From IMG/VR virus record IMGVR_UViG_3300035498_000778, positions 32,001 to 96,000 of that record: DNA of 64,000 nucleotides. One strand, given 5' to 3'. Every line of letters starts with the position of its first letter. The first letter of the stretch is position 1. This document shows, in pieces, positions 28,869 to 38,924 of the stretch. The notes below the pieces were generated by a model, which saw only the letters and a list, made by a program, of their open reading frames with translations, ran no database searches and was not told where the DNA came from. This stretch comes from a virus. Its lineage: Duplodnaviria; Caudoviricetes. The translations under genes and the position numbers were made by a program.

Positions 28869-30062
28869 ATGGGCATAGAATTTAATAGCGGACAGCTTGA
28901 AGCTATATATAAAGCGGAAAAATGGTGGAAACATTCCACTAATCAGGTATTTGAAATATCCGGAGCGGCAGGTACAGGTAAGACAACATTAGTTAAGTAC
29001 ATTATAGAAAAACTGGGAATAGGATTAGAAAATACAGCGTTCGTAGCGTATATGGGAAAAGCGGCTATGCAATTGGCAAGGAACGGACTACCTGCAAAGA
29101 CTATTCACTCATTCATATACGACTGTATTCAAGAACCAGTGTGGGATGAAGAGGGTAAACCCGTATACACATCGGCAGGATATCAAAAAAGAAAGTTAGT
29201 ATTCAAGCTTAAAGATAAAGACACGATACCTGAGAACATAGAGCTTATTGTTGTAGATGAAGCGAGTATGGTTTCCAAGGAAATATCTGAAGATCTGATA
29301 AGCTTCGGAATTCCAATAATAGCAATGGGCGATTTAAACCAATTACCACCTGTATTCGGTAATAGTTATTTTCTAGTAAACCCAGATGTTATACTTACGC
29401 AGATAATGCGACAAGCAGAAGGCTCACCAATTATATATTTATCACAAGAAGTTCTTCATAACAGACAATTACAATCCGGTCAATATGGAGACTGCTCGGT
29501 TATGAAAAAATCAGATTTTCTTCCAGAAATGCTGAAAGATATGGATGTGGTTCTTACAGGAACAAACAAATTGAGATATAGTATTAATGACCTATACAGA
29601 TCTAATATATTGGATCTACGTAGACCTGAGATACCTAATGTTGGAGAAAAGTTGATATGCCGACGCAATAACTGGGATGTTTCTATCAAATCTAGGGACG
29701 ATGAATATTATCTTGTTAATGGCTTATCCGGAATAGTTGATTATAGCGACGTTTCGTCGTATAATGGGAAAAAAATGGAGATAGATTTTAAACCAGACTT
29801 TTTATCAAGGTCGTTTAAAAACCTCGTTATTGATTACAAGCATTTATTTGCACAGTACGGTACACCTGAATACGATGCAATCAACCTAGGAATGAATCCG
29901 TTTGAATTTGCATACGCTATTACCGTACATCTTTCACAAGGTTCACAATATGACAATGTTATGTTATTTGCAGAACGTGGGTCATTTGATAATAACACAT
30001 TTAAAAAACTGATGTATACAGGTATAACTAGAGCAAAGAAAAGGATTACAATTTTAATATAA
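28869..30062 (+). CDS. RecD/Dda-like SF1B helicase
   Basis: GAAGTGKT, TIHS, VVDEASM, GDLNQLPPV, YAITVHLSQGSQY, YTGITRA. Confidence 0.92.
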   Translation: MGIEFNSGQLEAIYKAEKWWKHSTNQVFEISGAAGTGKTTLVKYIIEKLGIGLENTAFVAYMGKAAMQLARNGLPAKTIHSFIYDCIQEPVWDEEGKPVYTSAGYQKRKLVFKLKDKDTIPENIELIVVDEASMVSKEISEDLISFGIPIIAMGDLNQLPPVFGNSYFLVNPDVILTQIMRQAEGSPIIYLSQEVLHNRQLQSGQYGDCSVMKKSDFLPEMLKDMDVVLTGTNKLRYSINDLYRSNILDLRRPEIPNVGEKLICRRNNWDVSIKSRDDEYYLVNGLSGIVDYSDVSSYNGKKMEIDFKPDFLSRSFKNLVIDYKHLFAQYGTPEYDAINLGMNPFEFAYAITVHLSQGSQYDNVMLFAERGSFDNNTFKKLMYTGITRAKKRITILI

Positions 30063-30093
30063 TAGAGTCATTTGACTCTATTATATTTAATTT

Positions 30094-30126
30094 CCGTAAT
30101 AGTAAATGATTTATTTATATATTATA
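30094..30126 (+). promoter_or_regulatory. Bipartite early promoter
   Basis: CCGTAA-N14-TTTATATATTATA. Confidence 0.7.
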
Positions 30127-30174
30127 ATATTGATAAGAAAGTTCGAGTAATAAAAAGATATGGAGGAAATGATT

Positions 30175-30360
30175 ATGAGAGAGCTTATCTATGATATTAT
30201 TATGGGAGTAAGTGAACATATGTTAAACGGTTATGAGCTTCTAGGTAACGCTTACTGGGTGCTATATATGTTTGGTATGTTATCAGTACTTACTCTTATA
30301 GTGATCTTTGACGATCACCAAAACGCAAAAAAGAAGAGTAAGAAAACTAAAAAGAGATAA
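30175..30360 (+). CDS. Small early membrane protein with Lys-rich tail
   Basis: One TM segment followed by KKKSKKTKKR. Confidence 0.65.
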   Translation: MRELIYDIIMGVSEHMLNGYELLGNAYWVLYMFGMLSVLTLIVIFDDHQNAKKKSKKTKKR

Positions 30361-30400
30361 TTTGATTATCTCTTTTTTTCTTATTTTAAACGTAAAAATG

Positions 30401-30413
30401 ATTATATATTATA
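30401..30413 (+). promoter_or_regulatory. Early promoter
   Basis: ATTATATATTATA preceded by ACGTAA. Confidence 0.7.
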
Positions 30414-30474
30414 GCTGTGTGTGGGTAGAATATAAATTACAAACTTGTTTAAATTATGAAAGGTGGTAAATTCT

Positions 30475-30675
30475 ATGTTTGCGTTTGTATTAACCGTGAT
30501 AGTAACAGCTGTAACTTTTGGAACAGCTTGTGCGGTAACATTTGTGTTGGACTTATGTGGAGCTCTCTCAACTGTTATTGGTGCATGTCTCATTACATTG
30601 GTTCTGGTTGTATCTATCAAAGTAATGACCAAAATCCTTATGATTGCTCACAAGGTGTATGGTCTATTTAATTAA
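30475..30675 (+). CDS. Small two-TM early protein
   Basis: Hydrophobic ORF after GAAAGGTGG. Confidence 0.6.
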   Translation: MFAFVLTVIVTAVTFGTACAVTFVLDLCGALSTVIGACLITLVLVVSIKVMTKILMIAHKVYGLFN

Positions 30676-30690
30676 AAAGGAGGACTTATT

Positions 30691-30957
30691 ATGGCAGATA
30701 TGTCAACAACCACAGCTGGTCTAATTCAATCATTCATGCCAAGCTGGATGACTTCAGGTACCGCTGTGTTAATTATGGTAATCATAGGTATAGTGTTCAA
30801 GTACAGGGTGGAGTTTCTAGCTGTAGCTCAGAATGTTCTCAATATCATACCAAAGAGAAAGAGCAAGAAGAAGACAATCAACAGTACTATCGATATGTTA
30901 GAAAAGAAGTACGGTAAGAAAAAAGTACGTAAAATATTAGCAAAGCGTTTCGGATAA
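30691..30957 (+). CDS. Small early membrane protein with Lys-rich tail
   Basis: AAGGAGG SD; TM segment followed by KRKSKKK. Confidence 0.7.
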   Translation: MADMSTTTAGLIQSFMPSWMTSGTAVLIMVIIGIVFKYRVEFLAVAQNVLNIIPKRKSKKKTINSTIDMLEKKYGKKKVRKILAKRFG

Positions 30958-31065
30958 AACCGAACAACAAGATTCCTTCAATATTCGTCTTTACAATACG
31001 TCTCAAAATTCAACGCACGGAATCAAGTTGAGCTGATAACTAAAAATAGAAAGGAGGTTTATATA

Positions 31066-31317
31066 ATGCCTTCTAATTCTATATCTATAGAAGATATGAT
31101 ACGTTCAGGCTTAGGGCTAATCGTATTTATATTGACTAGTTTATGTACTATATGTGATTGTATTGATAAGTTACAGGGTCGAAACACATCAAGTTATTAT
31201 GCTCCTTCAAAGAATTCTTTTGATGATATACTTAAAAAAGGGTCGAAAAGGAAGTCTAAAAAGAAGAAAAAGAAGAAGTATAAAACACACAAAGTATATA
31301 AACGATGTATCATATAA
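31066..31317 (+). CDS. Small early membrane protein with poly-Lys tail
   Basis: AAGGAGGT SD; TM segment followed by KRKSKKKKKKKYKTHK. Confidence 0.65.
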   Translation: MPSNSISIEDMIRSGLGLIVFILTSLCTICDCIDKLQGRNTSSYYAPSKNSFDDILKKGSKRKSKKKKKKKYKTHKVYKRCII

Positions 31318-31334
31318 GAAAAGAGGTGAATTGT

Positions 31335-31910
31335 ATGGTAACATTAGTTGGCAAGTCGGCAAGATTTATGACGGCAATCGGATACTTGTCTTTGATATTA
31401 TTCGTTATATTTGTCATACCAGTTACTAAGTTGGTAATAAAGGGTATAAAGTATGATGAACTACAGGACCAAATCGACACTCTCAATAATAGTCTCGAGA
31501 ATGTTGTTGAGTCCGTAGAAATAGCTACTGATGCTATAAAGAAAAATCAAGATGACATAGCCGAGTTGACATCAGCATATAATGATTCCGCAGACGTTAT
31601 TAATGAATTAGTTGATATATGCAACGATGAAATTGCGGATGATGGCGATGAAGATGATAACGAAGACGATGGTGATAAAAATGATGTCACTATTCAAACA
31701 GTTATAGACACAGTTAACGAATTAGTCGAGCAATGTAACGGATATGACAAAAAGTTCGACAACCTATCAAGCGATGTTGAAGTATTAGGTAATAAGGTGG
31801 ATAAACTGAAACGTAAGCTTAAAGATTACGTAACGTTTGATAAGCTTTATGAACTATGTGAAAACGACGCTGATAGTGAAGACATAATGAAAGCCAAGGC
31901 TGATGCATAA
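31335..31910 (+). CDS. Early membrane-anchored acidic coiled-coil protein
   Basis: N-terminal TM, heptad repeats, D/E tract. Confidence 0.7.
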   Translation: MVTLVGKSARFMTAIGYLSLILFVIFVIPVTKLVIKGIKYDELQDQIDTLNNSLENVVESVEIATDAIKKNQDDIAELTSAYNDSADVINELVDICNDEIADDGDEDDNEDDGDKNDVTIQTVIDTVNELVEQCNGYDKKFDNLSSDVEVLGNKVDKLKRKLKDYVTFDKLYELCENDADSEDIMKAKADA

Positions 31911-31962
31911 ATACACATCAGCCTAACATTTAATATAAAATAATAAAATTGGAGGAATTATT

Positions 31963-32520
31963 ATGAATAACAAGAAAATGATTAACAAGCTAGGTAAAAA
32001 GGTTACTCAGGATATTCAGGTTCTACAAAAAGGTAGATTACTTGATAATAGCAGAATCGATGCTATGACCGATGTAGTAACAACAAGTTCTATGTCTCCT
32101 GATGATATAGCTAGCAAGGGGATGTCAGCTCTTATTGTTAGTAAAGCAATAAAGTCAGTAGCTAAACATACCGATGACGAAACTGTCTTATCAATATGCA
32201 ATGAATTCTTAGATTGCTTAGAAGACAGTGCAAGTGATGGTAAGAAGTTTGTCAAGAAATCTGTAAAGAGAACTGATAAAGCTATAAATAACTATAATGC
32301 TGTGACTGACGTTGTTGATAAAACTCTTAAGAATGACATTTCAAAAAGTGCCAAGAAAACTAAAGCTGTAAAGAAGGTTAATAGGATACTTGGTACTACA
32401 GCCGATGATACTACTAAGAAGAAGACAAAGAAGAAGACACATAAGAAATACAAAGGATGCGGAAACCCCTCATCAGAAAAATTATTGAAGGGTATGACGA
32501 AGATTCAACAACAGAATTAA
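31963..32520 (+). CDS. Lys-rich early protein
   Basis: GGAGG SD; KKKTKKKTHKKYK; terminator about 32532-32565. Confidence 0.7.
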   Translation: MNNKKMINKLGKKVTQDIQVLQKGRLLDNSRIDAMTDVVTTSSMSPDDIASKGMSALIVSKAIKSVAKHTDDETVLSICNEFLDCLEDSASDGKKFVKKSVKRTDKAINNYNAVTDVVDKTLKNDISKSAKKTKAVKKVNRILGTTADDTTKKKTKKKTHKKYKGCGNPSSEKLLKGMTKIQQQN

Positions 32521-32675
32521 CCATTAGATTGAGGATGGGTGATTATTATACACCCATCCTTTTTTAAACGAGACGAGCCCTAGTTTTAAAAGGGAATACT
32601 ATTATAAATTTCATTATGTAATTCGCCAACAATTAAATAGGCTGAAGTTAAAACATAATGTGGGAGGATTTAACT

Positions 32676-33023
32676 ATGAATGAAATAAATATCAAAAATG
32701 TACATACTTTGTACAGACTTTTAGTATCTGTCGGATTTCTAGTATCATTATGGCTAGGATATGGTAGATGGTTCTTTTACCTAATGATGTTTATGTTTTA
32801 TGTGACCATATTCTCAGAGTACGTTTATAAAGCATACAGTGAATTGAACTTCATCGAGAAAGTATGGTCCGTTGCAGCTACCATAGTAGTAATAGGTATA
32901 TTATTCGACTTTGTTACTGCTGGTTTCAAAACTATAACATATGTCGGTGTAACAATAATCATCATATGTCATATGTTTGTAGAAAGGTTTTTGGATAAAA
33001 AAGAAAAGACACACAAAAGATAA
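32676..33023 (+). CDS. Four-TM membrane protein
   Basis: Four hydrophobic segments; ends KKEKTHKR; late promoter 32628-32639. Confidence 0.65.
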   Translation: MNEINIKNVHTLYRLLVSVGFLVSLWLGYGRWFFYLMMFMFYVTIFSEYVYKAYSELNFIEKVWSVAATIVVIGILFDFVTAGFKTITYVGVTIIIICHMFVERFLDKKEKTHKR

Positions 33024-33138
33024 TTAATTCTTAAAAAGAACTGGGTTTGTATTCCAGTTCTTTTTTTCTTTTTTTAAAAACAATTTAGTAAATTGAAGTG
33101 ATATAAGTCATAGTTTTATTTAAATGGAGGATGATTAA

Positions 33139-33837
33139 ATGAGTAAAATTATTAAAGCATCATACGAAATAATGGATAATCTTGATAGAGAATATATAGA
33201 TCGAATGATGCTAGCTCTTGGAAGATATGCGGGTATTTGCTACAGAGGAAGCGCAGACGTTAATATTGAAGATACTAAAGATAAAAGCGCTGAGCAAATT
33301 GAGCAAGAGCAATGTGAAAGACGAATTATTAATTGCATTAAGCGAGGTCATGAATCTGTCATTGAGCATGAAAAACTAACAGTTAAGTTCTTAGTAGATA
33401 GAGGTGTAACGCACGAGCTTGTAAGACATAGACTAGCTTCATTCACCCAAGAATCTACAAGATATTGTAATTACGACTCCGATGTACAAGGCAATAATGT
33501 TAAGTTTATAGATGTATGGCCAGCTATTGATGCAATGGATATTGATGAGGGTCATAAGAATGCAGTGTATCTACAGTGGAAAGCATCTTGTGATGCGGCT
33601 GAAAAGAAGTATCAGACTATGTTATTATATGGAGCTACTCCACAGGTAGCACGTGCAGTTCTACCTACTAGTACTGCGGCATCTATAGTCGTAACTGCAA
33701 ACTTAAGAGAATGGAGACATTTGCTTAAATTGAGAACTGATAAGGCGGCTCATCCACAAATGAGAGAAGTTATGGTCCCTCTATTGGAAGAATTGAAGAA
33801 TAAAATGCCAATAATATTCGGTGATATAACATATTAA
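33139..33837 (+). CDS. thyX: FAD-dependent thymidylate synthase
   Basis: GHESVIEH, HELVRHRLASFTQESTRY (RHRx7S), ARAVLP, NLREWRH. Confidence 0.95.
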   Translation: MSKIIKASYEIMDNLDREYIDRMMLALGRYAGICYRGSADVNIEDTKDKSAEQIEQEQCERRIINCIKRGHESVIEHEKLTVKFLVDRGVTHELVRHRLASFTQESTRYCNYDSDVQGNNVKFIDVWPAIDAMDIDEGHKNAVYLQWKASCDAAEKKYQTMLLYGATPQVARAVLPTSTAASIVVTANLREWRHLLKLRTDKAAHPQMREVMVPLLEELKNKMPIIFGDITY

Positions 33838-33875
33838 TACATATGATCTAGCTACAATATGTAGCTAGATCATTC

Positions 33876-33908
33876 CCGTATTCATAAAGCTTATAATTAT
33901 ATATTATA
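33876..33908 (+). promoter_or_regulatory. Bipartite early promoter
   Basis: CCGTAT-N14-ATTATATATTATA directly after the terminator at 33843-33873. Confidence 0.7.
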
Positions 33909-33968
33909 ATTATGATATTATATTATAATATATAATATGACATAATAATTCTAGAAGGAGGTGTTGTT

Positions 33969-34001
33969 GTGTTTGATGATGCTGCCGGACTAGATGACTG
34001 A
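33969..34001 (+). CDS. Candidate 10-aa micropeptide MFDDAAGLDD
   Basis: AGGAGGT SD 6 nt before a GTG; best-spaced ORF between an early promoter and the terminator at about 34020-34050. Confidence 0.4.
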   Translation: MFDDAAGLDD

Positions 34002-34052
34002 AAGTGTTAAATGTTGTCTAAAATAGAGATCGTTAAGATCTCTATTTTTTTT

Positions 34053-35357
34053 TTAATTATTGTATTTTTGTACAGATAACAGAATGTACATGAACATGGC
34101 TTTCGCGTATGCACTTCTTGTAGGTAGACGTTGGAATTTTTTATTGATACCAAAGTCTTCACACCATTTAGATAATATATTCTTAATCAAAAGTATGTTT
34201 GCGTTTTTTGTGTTGGTAACCTTAAAAGCTTTAAGACCAAACTCTAGAAATGCCTGAGAATTAATGGCTCTTATCTCAGCTTTAGTTTCATATAAAAATG
34301 CAAAACATAATGCTTCAATCGCTTTACGTAATTCATTGATATGATTTTTACTCAACATATTTACGACACACAGTCTTATCTCACTCATGGATACTTCATT
34401 GGCTCTTGCTGCTATTTGACATAACTTGAGATCAGGACCTGCTTGTTGCATTTTTGTAACAACCGCTATGGAGACACGTTCCACACGGTTAGTATTGTTC
34501 TCATTGTCAATTACTTGTGTATTGTCTTCATCATTCATAGTTTCGGCTTGTCTAGATACACCCAATCCAGCTTCGTAGTTCTTGCGAAACTCATTGTATA
34601 TATTTTTCATGAATGAATTCTGGTCATTTCTAATACGTTGAATGAACCTTATGATTTCAGCATCGCTTCCTATGATGAATCCTTTCTCATGAAATGAATA
34701 GGAATTCTGAACCATCATCATCAAAGCACCAAAAATAGTTTTTGATTTCTTAACCACAAAGTGTGCGGATAAGTTGTCAATCGTATACATCATGACGTAT
34801 TCATTTGGCTCATACTGAAAATACTTACTAAAAATACTTGGATAATTAGATAGCGCAATCATACTAAGAATAGCATTCAATCCTTTCTGATCCTTATGTA
34901 ACGTGTAATATCTTGCAATTGCATAAAACAGCACGAAGATAGGATTGTTTTTAATTAACTGCCATTGAGCTTTAGCATTTATGTTTTTCGTTGCTTCATT
35001 TATTACCTTCTTAATCTCACTTTCAGATATACCAAATAACGCATAATATTTTTCTTTTTCTTTTGTTACAAAAGTTAATAAATATTGTGGTCCGGGAGTG
35101 GATAGCGCTTTCTGGTTGTTATTCACATATTCACCTACAATATTTTGGAACTTCCTAGCTTTAGCCGGATCGTTTAATGTAGCTTCAACTTTTGGATATA
35201 TATAATTCATCATTATGTGTGTTTCTGATGTGGCTTCGTAACAGTAGCCTATATCATCGCTTAATTCTATATCATTATATATCCCTTCAGTCACAAATAC
35301 TGATCGATTATCAAAAGGTTCGAATACACTGTTGTATTCTGAACTCATTCGTTGCAT
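34053..35357 (-). CDS. Putative virion-associated protein
   Basis: Late promoter 35390-35401 (-); N-terminal VTE and CYE candidate processing sites. Confidence 0.5.
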   Translation of the reverse strand: MQRMSSEYNSVFEPFDNRSVFVTEGIYNDIELSDDIGYCYEATSETHIMMNYIYPKVEATLNDPAKARKFQNIVGEYVNNNQKALSTPGPQYLLTFVTKEKEKYYALFGISESEIKKVINEATKNINAKAQWQLIKNNPIFVLFYAIARYYTLHKDQKGLNAILSMIALSNYPSIFSKYFQYEPNEYVMMYTIDNLSAHFVVKKSKTIFGALMMMVQNSYSFHEKGFIIGSDAEIIRFIQRIRNDQNSFMKNIYNEFRKNYEAGLGVSRQAETMNDEDNTQVIDNENNTNRVERVSIAVVTKMQQAGPDLKLCQIAARANEVSMSEIRLCVVNMLSKNHINELRKAIEALCFAFLYETKAEIRAINSQAFLEFGLKAFKVTNTKNANILLIKNILSKWCEDFGINKKFQRLPTRSAYAKAMFMYILLSVQKYNN

Positions 35358-35449
35358 ATTCATCACCCTTTCATAGTTTTCAAATTAGTTATAATACTGT
35401 TTTTTGTACAATTCAATAATATATGTAATAACAGAAAGGAGATAATGTA

Positions 35450-36496
35450 ATGAGCAAAATAGATTTATTGTCCAACTGGACGGATATAACATATGAAAAC
35501 GACAATATAAGATTTGCTACGACAGCGCTTAACGAGATATATACCGATTACGCTGTTAATGACGAGATAATGCTGGATAAAATGTCAGGTCAAATGTCTT
35601 ATAAGAGAAAAGAAGATGGACAGATTATACGACCTGTGTACACTCGTAATGATAGAGTAGAAGACTTAGTACACAGTATTATGTCATGTACGCAGCAAAC
35701 AAACGGTTTTACGTTTAACAGAACTTCAGGGACAACAGATTACACTGCAGAGTATTTACTATGTTATAACTATAATCTAGGATATGTCACTAGACAAGTA
35801 AACTTGTTTAATGCGGGAAACCAATATATTGATTTTCCTGAAATAAGCTATTATACTAGCACAAATGCAGGTGTATTTATAAGATTAAACGTGGATAAAG
35901 ATTTGTATGCCGATTTGGGAATGGTTCCTAATAAACAGATAAAGATTACTATACTAACTACCTCATATTATACTAGCGGTGATAAGAAGATTAAAACTTA
36001 TACCGTGGAGGCCGAACCTAACAAGTATGCGTTCATAGCTCTTCCAAATACTACTGGAACATTAGTTAATGTAATATTTAATATATATTACATAAGTTCT
36101 AGCTTTTTAAGTTATAAAGAAAATTATAATGTTGATTTTTGGAATACTACTCAATCATCAAAAAATGGAGGTTCAGGTAAAATAAGCTCAATAGATTTTG
36201 CATTTGTTCAGAGAATACTATATGATGGAAAAACTAATTTGATGGAAAAAGCGTATCTTCCAGTAACAGATGCTGCCATGAAATCACCGGGATCAGCTGA
36301 TGATAGCTCTGAATATATCTACCCCATTAAATTGGATGCTATAGTTCCTCTATCAAAATTTGATCAGTATTCGCCAGTACAAACCATGAATGCCGTACCA
36401 ATAAAGGTAGGGACATTTACAACTCAAGAAGAAGCAATATTCTGTCCAACTGCAAGTTCTTCATTTACCGAGGCTCAGTTTCAAGCTAAAATATAA
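35450..36496 (+). CDS. Putative tail or baseplate structural protein
   Basis: Beta-rich T/N/Y composition; TACA-N6-TA promoter 35407-35418. Confidence 0.4.
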   Translation: MSKIDLLSNWTDITYENDNIRFATTALNEIYTDYAVNDEIMLDKMSGQMSYKRKEDGQIIRPVYTRNDRVEDLVHSIMSCTQQTNGFTFNRTSGTTDYTAEYLLCYNYNLGYVTRQVNLFNAGNQYIDFPEISYYTSTNAGVFIRLNVDKDLYADLGMVPNKQIKITILTTSYYTSGDKKIKTYTVEAEPNKYAFIALPNTTGTLVNVIFNIYYISSSFLSYKENYNVDFWNTTQSSKNGGSGKISSIDFAFVQRILYDGKTNLMEKAYLPVTDAAMKSPGSADDSSEYIYPIKLDAIVPLSKFDQYSPVQTMNAVPIKVGTFTTQEEAIFCPTASSSFTEAQFQAKI

Positions 36497-36597
36497 TATA
36501 AAAAGGAAGCATATTGCTTCCTTTCTTTTTTGTTAATATTTTATATACTAAAAACAATCTATTAAATATTTACTAAAAATTAATGGAGGTTGAAATC

Positions 36598-37116
36598 ATG
36601 AATTATCATAATATCACAACAGATGATATGCTAAACGGTCCCGGTCTAAGGACAGTATTATGGGTAGCAGGTTGCTCTCATCACTGTAAGGGATGTCAAA
36701 ATCCTGAGACATGGGATCCGGAGGGTGGTATACCATTTGATATGAAAGCTTTTAATGAAATTCTGGATAATCTTAACAAACCTTATATAACGGGAATAAC
36801 ATTTTCAGGTGGTGATCCACTACATGAAAATAATATCAAAGATGTTTTATGTATAATTGATTTTATAAGAGGTACGTATGAGTATACAAAATCGATATGG
36901 TTATATACAGGTTATACTTATGAAGAACTATTAACTATGTCTGAAACTAACGCAGATATAAATGCGATACTTAGTTACATAGATGGATTAGTAGACGGAG
37001 AATTTATCGAAGAACAAAAAGATATTAATACCGAATGGGCAGGAAGCACTAATCAGAAAGTCATAACAAAAGGATTACCATATTATGATACATATAAAGA
37101 ATATTTTAAATTTTAG
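36598..37116 (+). CDS. nrdG: Anaerobic ribonucleotide reductase activating enzyme (radical SAM)
   Basis: NGPGLR..LWVAGCSHHCKGCQNP (CxxxCxxC), GITFSGGDPL, WLYTGY, GSTNQ. Confidence 0.93.
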   Translation: MNYHNITTDDMLNGPGLRTVLWVAGCSHHCKGCQNPETWDPEGGIPFDMKAFNEILDNLNKPYITGITFSGGDPLHENNIKDVLCIIDFIRGTYEYTKSIWLYTGYTYEELLTMSETNADINAILSYIDGLVDGEFIEEQKDINTEWAGSTNQKVITKGLPYYDTYKEYFKF

Positions 37117-37128
37117 GAGGAATTGAAA

Positions 37129-38172
37129 ATGATAGACGTTATCATACCAGCATATAATTGTAAGAAAGAATTATGGAGAGTTCTTCATAGTACAGCGTCT
37201 CAAACTGTAGCAGAGAAGGTCAACGTTATAGTTGTTGATGACGCGTCTGATGAACCTCTAATGAGTTCAGATGATTTGGTATTTTGGGAAGGATGTTTTA
37301 AGTCTATACAGTGCAAACGTCTTGATGCTAATTCAGGCCCCGGAGCAGCGAGAGCAGCAGGGCAAGTAATTGGTAAAGGTAAGTACGTTACATTTATTGA
37401 CGCTGATGATACATGGGCAACTGCATATGCTCTAGAGAAGCTATCAGCCGTAATGAATGCTGATAGAAATATCGATGGATGTTTCGGTAAGTTTATTGAG
37501 GAAACCCGAAATGAAAATAGATATTGGCTTGAACATTCCAATGATAGAGTTTGGATGTTTGGTAAGATGTATCGAAGATCTTTCCTAGAGGAAAATGAGA
37601 TATTAATGAACGACTCTAGATCTAATGAAGATATGGGATTCAATCAACTAGTTTTGGCATGTACCGATAATATAGTTTTTATCAATGATCCCGTTTATTA
37701 CTGGCACTTCAAGGCAGACTCGATAACTAGGAAACCAGAAAACGAATATGACTTTACTGGGTTGAAAGGTTATATATATAATCACCAATGGGCATATGAT
37801 CAATGTGAGGAACGTGGTTTAAATGATCTACAAAAGCGTAAGGAAGCGGTTATATCAGCAGTAACCATGATGTATTTGTATTTTGTTGAGTCTTTAGAAA
37901 CAAGAGAACAAGCAAAAACTCAAGAGTTACTCGGATGGATCCAAGAGTTCTTTAATCACTGTATTGCTGAAAAGATAAATGAATATAATTTCGACAAGTC
38001 ATTTATAATGAGCATACTAAATTCAAGTGACATATATAAATTATATTTACCTTCAATCACGTTCTCTGATTTCTTAAATAGTTTATACGCGGCATACAAA
38101 AATCCGCCCGCTGATACATCGGACGGCAATGAATTGACTGATGCAGAAAGTAATATTGAATCAGTTGAATAG
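37129..38172 (+). CDS. Family 2 glycosyltransferase
   Basis: VIIPAYN, VVDDAS, GPGAAR, FIDADD, ED motif. Confidence 0.88.
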   Translation: MIDVIIPAYNCKKELWRVLHSTASQTVAEKVNVIVVDDASDEPLMSSDDLVFWEGCFKSIQCKRLDANSGPGAARAAGQVIGKGKYVTFIDADDTWATAYALEKLSAVMNADRNIDGCFGKFIEETRNENRYWLEHSNDRVWMFGKMYRRSFLEENEILMNDSRSNEDMGFNQLVLACTDNIVFINDPVYYWHFKADSITRKPENEYDFTGLKGYIYNHQWAYDQCEERGLNDLQKRKEAVISAVTMMYLYFVESLETREQAKTQELLGWIQEFFNHCIAEKINEYNFDKSFIMSILNSSDIYKLYLPSITFSDFLNSLYAAYKNPPADTSDGNELTDAESNIESVE

Positions 38173-38282
38173 ACGGTATTCAAAGTAACTACGGCATTTA
38201 CCGTAGTTACTTTTTAAATTATGTGTATTTAACTCATATCAACATTTTATTAAACGAATACAAAGAAAGGGAGTGATATACT

Positions 38283-38924
38283 ATGCTCAAATATGTAGGC
38301 TACTTAGGTACCCCCAATGAAGATAATGGTATACGTGTTTATTTTGGTAATAATACTGATAATATATTTTATGATGAGAAGTCTGTAACTGAGATATTAG
38401 ATTCGACTGCTAGTTCAATAAATACAGCATATGAGCCTCTCGGTAATCATATAAAAGATTTTAATAATCCACATAAGGTGACTGCTAAACAAGTTGAAGC
38501 TATGACATTAGATGGTGACAACGAATATATATATTCCAATAAAACGTTCATAAATAACGTCACTATAACTAACTTGAATTGTAATAGCATATCTGTTGAC
38601 GGCCAAAACATAACTAATATAACGGGTGATAATATAACTCAATGGATTGATCTTACTAATAATTATAATGCTGCCGTGGATGGCGCGGCTGACATTAAAA
38701 ACATTCTTGAAAATAGTATTCAGTACGTCGTACGCAATGAAATAGAAAAAGCCACAAATAATATAGATAAAACGATATCCGAAAATAAGAATACTATGAA
38801 ATCTATGTTGAACGATCTTGTAGATCAGATAATTGAAGAATGCTTACTAGAATTATTTAGTGGCGAATATGAAGGAGACAATAATATGATTTTTAGAATG
38901 GTAGGTGGAATAGAAGATGAGTGA
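38283..38924 (+). CDS. Tail-fibre-related protein, paralog 1
   Basis: NNPHKVTAKQV fibre motif; ends YEGDNNMIFR like the next gene. Confidence 0.55.
   Translation: MLKYVGYLGTPNEDNGIRVYFGNNTDNIFYDEKSVTEILDSTASSINTAYEPLGNHIKDFNNPHKVTAKQVEAMTLDGDNEYIYSNKTFINNVTITNLNCNSISVDGQNITNITGDNITQWIDLTNNYNAAVDGAADIKNILENSIQYVVRNEIEKATNNIDKTISENKNTMKSMLNDLVDQIIEECLLELFSGEYEGDNNMIFRMVGGIEDE

Noticed and set aside
30471-30480. TTCTATGTTT as a seventh leader motif
   Set aside because: It overlaps the start codon, lacks the CC and has no GGAAC partner
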